The notes beneath the pieces were generated by a model, which searched no databases, had not been told where the DNA came from, and saw only the letters and a program-made list of their open reading frames with translations. Both the position numbers and the translations under genes were made by a program. From positions 480,001-544,000 of the forward strand of contig CBDCSU010000005.1 of the NCBI GenBank assembly GCA_965221775.1: 64,000 bases of DNA, in the 5' to 3' direction. Source of the DNA: Candidatus Latescibacterota bacterium (GTDB lineage: Bacteria; Latescibacterota; UBA2968; UBA8231). Below are positions 45,505 to 55,468 of this stretch, piece after piece; the stretch's first letter is position 1; each line of letters begins with the position of its first letter.

Positions 45505-47448
45505 ATGCTCTCGGTTTCGAACCTCGCCAAGGTCTACGGCGACCGCACCCTCTTCGCCGATGTCTCCCTCATGCTCAACGCCGGGGAGCGCTACGGCCTC
45601 GTCGGCGCCAACGGTTCCGGCAAGACGACGCTGCTCAACATCCTCGCCGGTGAGTTGGAGCCCAGCGACGGCGAGGTCAGCCTGCCCAAGCGGGCCCGCG
45701 TCGGCGTGCTGCGCCAGGACCAGTTCCTCTACGAGGAGCACTCGATCCTCAACGTGACCCTCATGGGCCACCGCGAGTTGTGGCAGGTCCTGACCGAGAA
45801 GGAGGCCCTGCTGGCGAAGGCCGGGGAGAGCTTCGACGCCGACCGCTTCGCCGAGCTCGAGGCCCGGACCGAGCGCCTCGACGGCTACACCGCCGAGGCC
45901 CGGGCGGCGACCATCCTCGAGGGGCTCGGCCTGCCGGCGCGGGTGCACCACGATCCCCTGTCGACGCTCTCGGGCGGCTTCAGGCTGCGCGTGCTGCTGG
46001 CGCAGGTGCTGGCCGGCGACCCCGACGCCCTGCTCCTGGACGAGCCGACCAACCACCTGGACATCCTCGCCATCCGCTGGCTGGAGACCTGGCTGCGCGA
46101 CTTCCCGGGGATGCTGGTGGTGATCTCCCACGACCACCGGTTCCTCGACAACGTGGCGACCCGCATCCTCGACGTCGACTACGAGACGGTGCAGCTCTAC
46201 ACCGGGGACTACACCGCCTTCCTGAAGGCCAAGGTGGGAGAGCGCGAGCGGCGGGAGAAGGAGATCGCCAAACGCGAGCGCGAGATCGCCCACCACCAGC
46301 AGTTCGTCGAGCGTTTCCGCGCCAAGGCGACGAAGGCGCGCCAGGCGGTGAGCAAGCAGCGGATGATCAACCGGATCGCCGAGGGCATGGAGGAGCTGCC
46401 CGTCAGTTCGCGGCGCTACCCCACCTTCAAGCTCGCCCAGCGGCGCGACAGCGGCCGCCAGGTGCTGACCGTGAAGGGCGTGCAGAAGGCCTTCGACGAC
46501 AACGAGGTCCTCCACGGCGTCGACCTCTCCGTGCAGCGCGGCGACCGGCTGGCGATCATGGGGGCCAACGGCATCGGCAAGTCGACGCTGCTGAAGATCG
46601 TCATGGGCGAGCTGGAGGCCGACGCCGGCACCGTGGAGTGGGGCTACGAGACCCACCCCGGCTACTTCGCCCAGGACCACCGCGAGCGCTTCGAGCCGGA
46701 GATCACCGCCGAGGCCTGGGCCTGGGAGACCTCCCCGGACCAGTCGATCAGCTTCGTGCGCGGCCACCTGGGTCTGGTGCTGTTCTCCGGAGACGACGTG
46801 GAGAAGCGCCTCCACGACCTCTCCGGCGGCGAGGCGACGCGCCTCGTGTTCTGCCGCCTGGCCATGGAGCGGCCCAACGTCCTCGTCCTCGACGAGCCAA
46901 CGAACCACCTCGACCTGGAGTCGATCCACGCCCTCGTCGACGGGCTGCAGTCCTTCGCGGGCACGATCGTCCTCGTCTCCCACGACCGCTGGCTCGTCAG
47001 CCGGCTGGCGACCCGCATCGTCGAGATCCGTGAAGACGAGATCCGCGACTTCCACGGCAGCTACGAGGAGTACGTGAGCTACTGCGGCGACGACCATCTC
47101 GACGCCGACGAGGTGGTCCTGAGGGCGCGCGCCGAGCGCCGGCGCAAGGCGGAAGCCGGCCCCGGCGGCAACGGCCGGCAACGGTCACGCAAGGCGGCCG
47201 GCGAGGGGCGGGGCCAGCGGCAGGCCGAGCGCCGGGAGGAGGAGCTGGCGGGCCTGCTGGAGCGCGTCGAGACGGCCGAGTCCCGCCTCGGCGAGATCGA
47301 CGCCGCCTTCTGCGAGCCCGGCTTCTTCGGCCGCACCCCGGCCGGGGAGGTGCGTCAGCTGCGGGACGAGCGCTCCCGCCTGGAGAGCCGCGTCGCCGAC
47401 CTCACGGCGCGCTGGGAGAAGCTGGCGGGCGAGTCCGAAGCCGGCTGA
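45505..47448 (+). CDS. ABC-F family ATP-binding protein
   Basis: Two ABC domains (GANGSGKT...LSGG...DEPTNHLD; GANGIGKS...LSGGE...DEPTNHLD), no TM segments, C-terminal coiled coil. Confidence 0.92.
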   Translation: MLSVSNLAKVYGDRTLFADVSLMLNAGERYGLVGANGSGKTTLLNILAGELEPSDGEVSLPKRARVGVLRQDQFLYEEHSILNVTLMGHRELWQVLTEKEALLAKAGESFDADRFAELEARTERLDGYTAEARAATILEGLGLPARVHHDPLSTLSGGFRLRVLLAQVLAGDPDALLLDEPTNHLDILAIRWLETWLRDFPGMLVVISHDHRFLDNVATRILDVDYETVQLYTGDYTAFLKAKVGERERREKEIAKREREIAHHQQFVERFRAKATKARQAVSKQRMINRIAEGMEELPVSSRRYPTFKLAQRRDSGRQVLTVKGVQKAFDDNEVLHGVDLSVQRGDRLAIMGANGIGKSTLLKIVMGELEADAGTVEWGYETHPGYFAQDHRERFEPEITAEAWAWETSPDQSISFVRGHLGLVLFSGDDVEKRLHDLSGGEATRLVFCRLAMERPNVLVLDEPTNHLDLESIHALVDGLQSFAGTIVLVSHDRWLVSRLATRIVEIREDEIRDFHGSYEEYVSYCGDDHLDADEVVLRARAERRRKAEAGPGGNGRQRSRKAAGEGRGQRQAERREEELAGLLERVETAESRLGEIDAAFCEPGFFGRTPAGEVRQLRDERSRLESRVADLTARWEKLAGESEAG

Positions 47449-47464
47449 GCGGACCGCTCCGGCG

Positions 47465-49756
47465 CTAAGGCGGCGGCGCGCCGGGTTCCGCAGCGTAGAG
47501 GAAGGGCCGCCGCCAGATCCCGCCCATGTGATGCTCGTTGTGCACCCGCAGGGCCAGGGTGCGGGTGCCGGGTGCGAGCCGGCCGCCGAGGTCCACATCC
47601 CAGTCGAAGCGGTAGTCGTTGTGCCAGTACATGGGGCGCCAGTCCCGGTAGGCGGCCAGGTAGCCGTCGACGTAGAGCCAGGCCTTGCCGAAGAGGCCGG
47701 GAAAGTGGACGCGGAGATCGCGCTCCGCGTCGGCGGCGCTCACCTCGACCTCGGTGCGGTACCAGACGAAGCCGTTGTACTCGCCTCCGCCGGGGCCTTC
47801 CACCCCCTGGGCCTCCATGTAGAGATCGGTGCGCAGCGGCCGCCAGTCCGCCAGGTCCAGCTCCGGCCGGCCCCAGGCCTGGTGCAGGCCGGCGTCGTGG
47901 GGATCGGTGCGGAAGCTCCAGGTCAGGGGAAGCTTCTCCACCATTCGGCCGGCGGGACCGTCGGTCAGGGCGAGAAGCTCCCGGTACTGCTGCACCTCCC
48001 CCGGCCACCAGGCGTCGCCCTTCTCCAGGCGGGTGGTGGTGAAGGTGGGGCTCATGCGGGTCAGGGAGTCGCGCCAGGCCAGGCCGCGCTCGCCGGCGCG
48101 CACGGCGGCGCCGTAGTCGGCCGCGGTCGCGGCTTGATCGACCATCTCCACGTAGGCCCGCAGGACGCCGTACCCGGCCTCGACGAAGCGCACCCGGCGC
48201 AGGTAGAGGTCCTCCGCGGGCCGGCCGGCGACCAGGGCCCCGGCCGACTCGACCAGCGGCGCCAGGCCGCGCACCAGCTCCGGCGTGTAGACCATGGGGG
48301 CGAGCCAGAACTCGTGCTCGTGGGAGAGGGTGCGCTCCCAGGCCTGCTGGATCGCCTCCCAGTAGGCGCGCATGGGGGCGGACGCCGGCCCCCAGAACCC
48401 GGCGTGGAACTCCTCCATCTCGGCCTCCACGTCGGCGTCGGGGTCCCAGTAGAGCAGGCCCCGCAGGTAGAGGTTGAGGAAGGTGGTGGCCAGCGCCCCC
48501 CGGCTCTCGGTGTCGACGCCGAGGATGCCGGCGTCGCGGTAGTGACGGACATCCCGGCGGACGGCCTGCACCGAGGGATTGGGGATGTCGCGCCAGACCA
48601 GCATGCCCTGGTCGTAGTCGTAGATGATGAGGCGGCCCTGCATCGTCTCGGCCCAGCGGTACATGACGTCGCGGTACTCCTGGCGGGGCGGACAGCGGGG
48701 GTCGTCCATGCCGTGGATGGGGCAGACGTCGATCGGCGCCAGGTAGGCCACCAGGGGCTCGGCGGCGGCGATGCGGCGCTGGGGCGGCAGGGTGATGTTG
48801 GAGTAGGCGAGGAAGCCGATGCGCCGGCCCGGGAAGCGGGCGTGGGTCAGCTCGGCGACGCCGTTGTAGAGGGCCATGAAGGGATCGGTGAGGGCCGGGG
48901 ACATGAAGTTCTTGTCCCACAGGCCGGCGGCCAGCGCCGCGTCGGAGGCGCAGGCGAGGTCGTAGAGCCCGTCGTCCATGCCCAGGGAGACGGCCGCGGC
49001 GCCCTCGGAAAAGCGCTCCATCACCTGGTCGGCCACGTGGCGGATGGTGGCCGGGTCGGAGAGGCAGATCGACTGGGCCGAGCCGCCGGCGCCGGGCAGG
49101 TCGTCCACGTAGTGGCCGAGGGCGTGGCCGGCGGGCACCGACAGGTCGTTCATCCGGTTGCGGCGCATGAACTCCTCCCGGCCGCTGTTGTCGCCGATCC
49201 AGGAGAGCCAGTAGCGCCGCACCTCGAAGGGCGGAGCCCAGGCCGCGTCGAGGCGGTCCACGGTGAGCGTCTCCTTTCGGGGGATGCTGGCGCCGAAATC
49301 GGTGGGCAGGTACCAGCGGCAGCCCCAGTGCCGCAGCAGTTCCACCGCGGCGTAGTAGTGGGACTCGTCGTTGCTGCCGGCCAGGTAGACCCGCTCCCCC
49401 CGGCGCAGCGCCACGATGGCGTCCCCGCGCAGGACGGGGTCGGGCTTCTGCAGCGCCGCCAGGCGCGGTCCCAGGGAGAGATCGGCCTCGAGGGCGGCCC
49501 GGCCTACCAGCAGCAGGGGGGTGGGTTCAGCCAGGGCCTGCCGGAGCTGGGCGGGGTCCTCGACGAGGGGCAGCCGCGCCCCGCTCATCTCCTCGATGTA
49601 GCGCACGAGGTCCTCGGCGGCGCGCCGTTCCCACTCCCCCGCCTCGGGGTGCACGCCGACGCGGGCCCGGCCGTTTCCCTCCTCGACCACGACGAGGGGG
49701 TCGGCCGCCAGGGCCGGGGCGAGCCACAGCAGGCACAGGGCCGGTGCGTATCGCAT
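47465..49756 (-). CDS. Secreted DUF4838-like protein with C-terminal galactose-binding-like domain
   Basis: Signal peptide; AAEDLVRYIEEMSGA, GCRWYLP, ICLSDP, FLAYSN...PP; C-terminal WSFRTDP...YNGFVWYRT...GGIWRRP. Confidence 0.72.
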   Translation of the reverse strand: MRYAPALCLLWLAPALAADPLVVVEEGNGRARVGVHPEAGEWERRAAEDLVRYIEEMSGARLPLVEDPAQLRQALAEPTPLLLVGRAALEADLSLGPRLAALQKPDPVLRGDAIVALRRGERVYLAGSNDESHYYAAVELLRHWGCRWYLPTDFGASIPRKETLTVDRLDAAWAPPFEVRRYWLSWIGDNSGREEFMRRNRMNDLSVPAGHALGHYVDDLPGAGGSAQSICLSDPATIRHVADQVMERFSEGAAAVSLGMDDGLYDLACASDAALAAGLWDKNFMSPALTDPFMALYNGVAELTHARFPGRRIGFLAYSNITLPPQRRIAAAEPLVAYLAPIDVCPIHGMDDPRCPPRQEYRDVMYRWAETMQGRLIIYDYDQGMLVWRDIPNPSVQAVRRDVRHYRDAGILGVDTESRGALATTFLNLYLRGLLYWDPDADVEAEMEEFHAGFWGPASAPMRAYWEAIQQAWERTLSHEHEFWLAPMVYTPELVRGLAPLVESAGALVAGRPAEDLYLRRVRFVEAGYGVLRAYVEMVDQAATAADYGAAVRAGERGLAWRDSLTRMSPTFTTTRLEKGDAWWPGEVQQYRELLALTDGPAGRMVEKLPLTWSFRTDPHDAGLHQAWGRPELDLADWRPLRTDLYMEAQGVEGPGGGEYNGFVWYRTEVEVSAADAERDLRVHFPGLFGKAWLYVDGYLAAYRDWRPMYWHNDYRFDWDVDLGGRLAPGTRTLALRVHNEHHMGGIWRRPFLYAAEPGAPPP

Positions 49757-49865
49757 TCCATCTCCTCCTCAAAAGGCCCCCGCCGCGGCGCCGCCCGGCG
49801 TTGATCCTCCGGCGGGCAAGGGCTATCCTAGCGCCGCCCTCTCGCCCCCCTCGACCGCCTTCCCG

Positions 49866-51203
49866 ATGACGCAATCACCGACGCTCACCGCTCCATCGGC
49901 CTGCCACGTCATGGCCAAGCCTTCGGGCTCGGTCTGCAACATCGACTGCTCGTACTGCTTCTACCTCGAGAAAGAGAAGCTCTACCCCGACGCCGGCCGC
50001 AACTGGCGCATGAGCGACGAGGTGATGGAGCTGTACGTGAAGCAGTACATCGAGGCCCAGGACGTGCCGGCCGTGAACTTCGCCTGGCAGGGCGGCGAGC
50101 CGACGCTGCTGGGGGTCGACTTCTTCCGCCGCGCCGTGGAACTGCAGAAGCGCTACGCCGGCGGCAAGGAGGTGACCAACGCCTTCCAGACCAACGGCAT
50201 CCTCCTCGACGACGAGTGGGGCGAGTTCCTGGCGCGCGAGAAATTCCTCGTGGGCCTCTCCATCGACGGGCCGCGGGAGCTCCACGACCGCTACCGCGTC
50301 GACAAGGGGCAGAAGCCGACCTTCGACCGCGTCATCGCCGGCCTGGAGGTGCTCAAGAAACACGGCGCCGAGTTCAACACCCTCACGGTCCTGCAGAACC
50401 ACAACGCCGACCACCCCCTCGAGGTCTACCGCTTCCTCAAGGAGATCGGCTCCGGGTTCATGCAGTTCATCCCCATCGTCGAGCGCCTCACCGGCGACCC
50501 GGACGAGACCGGCCTGGAGCTGGTGGCGCCGGAGTTCGAGGGCCGCGCGGCGGTCACCCGCTGGTCGGTGGGGCCGGCCCAGTACGGCCGCTTCCTGTGC
50601 GCCGTCTTCGACGAGTGGGTGCGCCGCGACGTGGGCCGCTTCTTCGTGCAGATCTTCGACGTCTCCCTCGGCAGCTGGCTGGGGCAGGACGCCTCCCTGT
50701 GCATCTTCGCCGAGACCTGCGGCAACGCCCTCGTCATCGAGCACAACGGCGACCTCTACTCCTGCGACCACTTCGTCTACCCCGAGTACAACCTCGGCAA
50801 CGTGCGCGAGCAGACGATCCGCGACATGGTCGCCAGCCCCGAGCAGCGCCGCTTCGGGCAGGACAAGGCCGACGGCCTGCCGCGCTACTGCCTCGAGTGC
50901 GACTACCGCTTCGCCTGCAACGGCGGCTGCCCCAAGCAGCGCTTCGAGCGCACCCCCCACGGCGAGGGCGGGCTCAACTACCTGTGCCGCGGCTACAAGA
51001 TCTACTTCGGCCACGTCGACCCGTACATGCGGGTCATGGCCGACCTTGTGCGCCGCGGACAGCCGGCGGCGGGAATCATGGAGTGGGTACGTCAGCGGGA
51101 CTCGGCGCGGGCGGCGCCGGCACCGCCGAAGCGCAACGATCCGTGTCCGTGTGGGAGCGGACGCAAGTACAAGCGCTGCTGCGGCAACGCCGCGGCCGCA
51201 TAA
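49866..51203 (+). CDS. Anaerobic sulfatase maturase (radical SAM/SPASM) with SEC-C motif
   Basis: CNIDCSYCFY, FAWQGGEPTL, QTNG, SPASM cysteines, RNDPCPCGSGRKYKRCC. Confidence 0.95.
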   Translation: MTQSPTLTAPSACHVMAKPSGSVCNIDCSYCFYLEKEKLYPDAGRNWRMSDEVMELYVKQYIEAQDVPAVNFAWQGGEPTLLGVDFFRRAVELQKRYAGGKEVTNAFQTNGILLDDEWGEFLAREKFLVGLSIDGPRELHDRYRVDKGQKPTFDRVIAGLEVLKKHGAEFNTLTVLQNHNADHPLEVYRFLKEIGSGFMQFIPIVERLTGDPDETGLELVAPEFEGRAAVTRWSVGPAQYGRFLCAVFDEWVRRDVGRFFVQIFDVSLGSWLGQDASLCIFAETCGNALVIEHNGDLYSCDHFVYPEYNLGNVREQTIRDMVASPEQRRFGQDKADGLPRYCLECDYRFACNGGCPKQRFERTPHGEGGLNYLCRGYKIYFGHVDPYMRVMADLVRRGQPAAGIMEWVRQRDSARAAPAPPKRNDPCPCGSGRKYKRCCGNAAAA

Positions 51204-51219
51204 CCAGGACGGGAGCAGG

Positions 51220-52125
51220 ATGATCGACGTCGAGCTGAAGGCGGACGAGGGCCGGGTCGCGGTGAACGTCGACGGAGGGCTTTTCGTCGAGTACGTGTAC
51301 GGCCACTTCATCTGCCGGCCGTGCTTCTACCCCGTGCTCACGCCCACGGGACAGGCCCTCACGCGGGCCTACCCCTTCGCCGACGTGGAGGGGGAGAACC
51401 AGGACCACTACCACCACCGCAGCATCTACACCGCCCACGGCCTGGTGAACGGCCACAACCTCTGGGACGAGGGCGTCCGCGGCCCCGGCCACGGCTCCAT
51501 GCTGCAGCGGGGGGAGCCGCGGGTGAGCGCCTCCGGGGGCGAGGCCGCCATCGACGGCCTCGTCGACTGGTTCGGGCCGGGCGGTCAGCGCCTGCTGGAG
51601 GAGGAGCGCGGCTTCCGCATCGCCGCCGAGGGGCCGCTGCGCATCCTCGACCAGCGTAGCGTCCTGCGCGCCCGCCACGGCGACGTCACCTTCGGCGACA
51701 CCAAGGAGGGCGGCCTGTTCTCGATCCGCGTGCCCACCTCGATGGACGCCAAGGACCGGGGGCGCATCGAGAACTCGGAGGGAGACGTCTTCGACAGCGG
51801 CCAGGGCGAGGAGACGACCTGGGGAAAGCGCGCCGCCTGGGTCGACTACTCGGGCCCGCTGGCCGACGGCTCCCAGTGGGGCCACACCGTGGCCGACCAC
51901 CGCTCCAACCCCTGGCACCCCACCTACTGGCACGTGCGCGGGTACGGCCTGTTCACGGCCAACCCCTTCGGCCTGCACGACTTCCTGAAGGACGAGAGCG
52001 CCGACGGCAGCTGGACGATCCCCGGCGGCTCCGAGGCGGTCATGCGCTTCCGGCTGATCGTGCACCCGGGGCGGGGGCCCGACGGCCGGGTGATGGAGTT
52101 GGTGGAGGAGTTCCAGGCGGACTGA
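51220..52125 (+). CDS. DUF6807 / PmoA-like family protein
   Basis: FYPV, TRAYP, DHYHHRSI, FGDTKEG, TWGKRAAWVDYSG, HPTYWHVRGYGLFTANPFG. Confidence 0.8.
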   Translation: MIDVELKADEGRVAVNVDGGLFVEYVYGHFICRPCFYPVLTPTGQALTRAYPFADVEGENQDHYHHRSIYTAHGLVNGHNLWDEGVRGPGHGSMLQRGEPRVSASGGEAAIDGLVDWFGPGGQRLLEEERGFRIAAEGPLRILDQRSVLRARHGDVTFGDTKEGGLFSIRVPTSMDAKDRGRIENSEGDVFDSGQGEETTWGKRAAWVDYSGPLADGSQWGHTVADHRSNPWHPTYWHVRGYGLFTANPFGLHDFLKDESADGSWTIPGGSEAVMRFRLIVHPGRGPDGRVMELVEEFQAD

Positions 52126-52140
52126 GCCGCCCGCCTTCCC

Positions 52141-53853
52141 TCAGGTCAGGCCCACCACCTCGCCGTCGGCGTCGAGGTCGAGGTTCATGAAGGCCGGCTT
52201 CGACGGCAGCCCCGGCATGCGGCGGATCTCGCCGCACAGGGGCACCAGGAAGCCGGCTCCCGCCGAGAGCACCACGTCCCGCACCGGCAGCATGAAACCG
52301 GAGGGCACGCCCCGCAGCTCCGGGTCGTGCGACAGCGACAGGTGGGTCTTGGCCATGTTCACCGGCAGCGACCCGAAGCCGAGGTCCTCGTAGCGCTCGA
52401 TGGTGCTCTCCGCCTCCGGAGACAGATCGACTCCGCCGGCGCCGTAGATGAGCGCCGCCACGGTCTCGATCTTGTCGCGCAGGGGCGTCTCCTCGCCGTA
52501 GAGGAAGTCGAAGCTCGACCCCGACCGGCAGACATCGACCACGGCTTGCGCCAGCTCCGCCCCTCCGGCCCCGCCGCGGGCCCAGACGTCGCAGACGGCG
52601 GCCTCCGCGGCCCCCAGGCCGGGGGCGGCCTCCAGGACCCGGTCGACCTCGGCGTCGGTGTCCCCGGAGAAACGGTTGAGGGCGACCACGGCCGGCACCC
52701 CGAACTCGCCCACGATGCGGATGTTGGCCGCCAGGTTGTCCAGCCCTTTCTCCAGCCACGCCAGCTCCTCGTCGGCGCCGGACCGCCGCTTCTCGGGAGC
52801 GCCGCCGTGGGACTTGAGGGCCCGCACCGTGGCCACGACGACGGCGCAGTCCGGCCGCAGACCGGAGTAGCGGCACTTGACGTGGCAGAGCTTCTCGAAG
52901 CCGCAGTCGGCGCCGAAGCCGCTCTCGGTGACGAGGTACCCCTCCCCCATCAGGCCGAGGGCGATCTCGTCGGCGACGATGGAGCTGTTGCCGTGGGCGA
53001 TGTTGGCGAAGGGCCCGGCGTGGACCAGGACCGGCGTGTTCTCCAGGCTCTGCAGCAGGTTGGGCATCAGGGCGTCCTTGAGCAGGACCGCCATCGCCCC
53101 GGCCGCGCCCAGGTCCTCGGCGGTCACCGGCCGCCCGGCGCGGTCGAAGGCGGCGACCACCCGCCCCAGGCGGGCGCGCAGGTCCCCCAGGTCCCTAGCC
53201 AGCGCCAGGATCGCCATCACCTCGGAGGCGGCGGTGATGTCGAAGCCGGTGCGGCGGCGCACCCCCTCGCCGCCCTCGCCGACGACGATCTCGCGCAGGG
53301 CGCGGTCCCCGAGGTCGACGACCCGTTTCCAAGCGACCCGCTCCGGGTCGATGTCGAGCCGCTTCAGGCCGCGGCGGCGCAGGCGCCTGCCGCTCAGCCG
53401 CTCCTCGTGGTAGAGGCGCGAGTCGACCGCCGCGGAGAGCAGGTTGTGGGCCGCGGTGACGGCGTGGATGTCGCCGGTCAGGTGCAGGTTCATCTCGTCC
53501 ATGGGGATGACCTGGGCGCGGCCGCCGCCGGCGGCTCCCCCCTTGATGCCGAAGGTCGGCCCCATGGAAGGCTGGCGGATCGTGGCGATCGAGGTATGGC
53601 CGAGGGCGTTGAGGGCCTGGCTGAGGCCGATGGTCGTCGTCGTCTTGCCCTCGCCGTAGCGGGTGGGGGTCATGGCGGTGACGACGACGTATTTCGCCTG
53701 CCCGCCGCGGTTCCCCCGGTCGGCGGCATCGAGGTGGATCTTGGCCTTGTAGCGGCCGTACAGGTCGATGTCGCCGTCCGACAGCCCCAGCTTCGAGGCG
53801 ATGCCGGCGGCCGGCTCGGGGGTCGCCGCACGGGCGATGTCGAGATCGCTCAC
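52141..53853 (-). CDS. fhs: Formate--tetrahydrofolate ligase
   Basis: GTG start after GGGAGG; TPTRYGEGKTTT, GIKGGAAGGG, HAGPFANIAHG, VATVRALK, MAKTHLSLS, MPGLP. Confidence 0.96.
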   Translation of the reverse strand: MSDLDIARAATPEPAAGIASKLGLSDGDIDLYGRYKAKIHLDAADRGNRGGQAKYVVVTAMTPTRYGEGKTTTTIGLSQALNALGHTSIATIRQPSMGPTFGIKGGAAGGGRAQVIPMDEMNLHLTGDIHAVTAAHNLLSAAVDSRLYHEERLSGRRLRRRGLKRLDIDPERVAWKRVVDLGDRALREIVVGEGGEGVRRRTGFDITAASEVMAILALARDLGDLRARLGRVVAAFDRAGRPVTAEDLGAAGAMAVLLKDALMPNLLQSLENTPVLVHAGPFANIAHGNSSIVADEIALGLMGEGYLVTESGFGADCGFEKLCHVKCRYSGLRPDCAVVVATVRALKSHGGAPEKRRSGADEELAWLEKGLDNLAANIRIVGEFGVPAVVALNRFSGDTDAEVDRVLEAAPGLGAAEAAVCDVWARGGAGGAELAQAVVDVCRSGSSFDFLYGEETPLRDKIETVAALIYGAGGVDLSPEAESTIERYEDLGFGSLPVNMAKTHLSLSHDPELRGVPSGFMLPVRDVVLSAGAGFLVPLCGEIRRMPGLPSKPAFMNLDLDADGEVVGLT

Positions 53854-54015
53854 AATGGCCTCCCTGGCAGGCCCGGCGAATATCGCTCGCCCTCCGGAGG
53901 CCCGGCAAATCGCCCCGGCTCCCGGCGGCTCCGGTGCGCCCGGCGGCCCGCTTCCCTTTCTTACACACGGAATCATTCGCCGAGGTCGGCCCCCTTCACC
54001 CATCGGGATCTGCGC

Positions 54016-55020
54016 ATGAAAGCTACCAGGGACCTCATCATCGGCGCCTTCGCCACGGCCCTCCTGGGCTTCGCCTTCGCCAGGATCGAGTTGGTCGAGG
54101 CGCTCCTGGGCATGGGGCGCTACTACCAGAAAACGGAGTTCGGCCCGGCTCTCGCCGCCGTGCCCGCCCTCGCCTTGGTGGTCCTCTGGTTCGCGGGGCA
54201 GCGCTGGCGGGAGGCCTCGCGGCTGACGCGCGAGCTGAATCGCACCCAGGGCCGCCTGCGCCAGGCGCGGGAGAAGGGCCGCTCCCTGGAGGACCAGCTC
54301 GGCGGGACCAGCCGGATGGCCGCCATGGGCGCCCTCACCGGGGGGCTCGCCCACGAGTTCAACAACGTGCTGCAGCCGATCATCACCCTGGCCCAGCTCA
54401 ACCTCGACCAGAACGATTCGCCGGAGGAGCGCCGAATGCGGGTCCGGCATATCCTGAAGGCCGCCGAGCACGGCACCCAGATCGTCCGGGGCACCCTCGC
54501 CTTTCCCGCCGGCGGCACCCTGGAGACCGAGGAGTTGACCGCGGCCCGGGAGCTGGAGGAGATCGCCGACCAGGCCCGGGAGACCTACCGGGGCCGCCTC
54601 CAGGTGGAGGTCCGCATCGCCGAGGAGGCCGGCACCATCCGCGTCAACCCGAGCGAGTTCAGACAGGTCGTGACCAACCTCCTCAAGAACGCGGCCGAGG
54701 CGATGCGGGAGGGCGCCGTCGTCATCGGCCTCGACGCCGTCGACCTCGACGCCCGGGGCGCCGGCTCCCGCGGTCTGACGGCCGGCCCCTATCTGCGCGT
54801 CACCGTGACCGACGATGGGCCCGGAATGGCCCCCGACGCGGTGGCGAAGGTCTTCGAGCCCTTCTACACCACCAAGGAGGCCGGGAAGGGCACGGGCCTG
54901 GGCCTGGCGGTGGTGGACAGCCTGGTCCGGGGATGGAACGGCAGGATCTCGGTGCAGTCCTCCCCCGGCGAGGGAGCGTCCTTCGAGATCCTGATCCCCA
55001 GATCGGAAGGGGAGGACTGA
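54016..55020 (+). CDS. Membrane sensor histidine kinase
   Basis: Two TM segments; H-box GLAHEFNNVL, N-box NLLKNA, DDGPGM, FEPFYTTK, GTGLGL. Confidence 0.92.
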   Translation: MKATRDLIIGAFATALLGFAFARIELVEALLGMGRYYQKTEFGPALAAVPALALVVLWFAGQRWREASRLTRELNRTQGRLRQAREKGRSLEDQLGGTSRMAAMGALTGGLAHEFNNVLQPIITLAQLNLDQNDSPEERRMRVRHILKAAEHGTQIVRGTLAFPAGGTLETEELTAARELEEIADQARETYRGRLQVEVRIAEEAGTIRVNPSEFRQVVTNLLKNAAEAMREGAVVIGLDAVDLDARGAGSRGLTAGPYLRVTVTDDGPGMAPDAVAKVFEPFYTTKEAGKGTGLGLAVVDSLVRGWNGRISVQSSPGEGASFEILIPRSEGED

Positions 55021-55023
55021 GCC

Positions 55024-55422
55024 ATGGCCAAGGTGCTGATCGCCGAGCACGACGAGAGGGTGCTCGACGCCCTGGCCACGCTGCTGCGGAGCGCCGGCCA
55101 CGAGGTCTTCGAGGCCGGTCGCTGCGAAGACGCCCTGGAGACCGTCGCCTCCGAGAGTCCCGATATCCTCCTCACCGACGTGAACATGCCGGGGATGACC
55201 GGCGTCCAGATGATCAAGAGGCTGCGCAAGAGCCACCCCACCATCGGCATCATCGCCATGTCCGGCGGCGGCATGCACCAGAACCCGGAGCTGGCCACGA
55301 CCCTGGCCAGTATCGCCGGCGCCGACCGGGCGCTGGAAAAGCCCTTCAAGAACGAGATCCTGCTCTCGAACGTGCACTCCCTGCTGGCCACGGCCCGGAG
55401 GCCCCGCGCCGGCCGCAGGTAG
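55024..55422 (+). CDS. Single-domain response regulator (receiver)
   Basis: KVLIAE, LLTDVNMPGMTG, IIAMSG, LEKPF. Confidence 0.9.
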   Translation: MAKVLIAEHDERVLDALATLLRSAGHEVFEAGRCEDALETVASESPDILLTDVNMPGMTGVQMIKRLRKSHPTIGIIAMSGGGMHQNPELATTLASIAGADRALEKPFKNEILLSNVHSLLATARRPRAGRR

Positions 55423-55468
55423 ACGAGACCCGGGCGACCGGGTGGGGCCCATGGGCGGGGAGAGAGTC

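Noticed and set aside
51220-52125. 'PmoA' label as methane monooxygenase
   Set aside because: Soluble DUF6807-type protein with no TM helices and no pmoB/pmoC.
53854-54015. Possible ZTP or THF riboswitch upstream of fhs
   Set aside because: No recognisable conserved riboswitch motifs by eye; an Infernal/Rfam scan would settle it.
53854-55452. 1103-aa ORF suggesting a long N-terminal extension of Fhs
   Set aside because: The extension is antisense to the kinase and response regulator; Fhs homology and an RBS begin at 53853.
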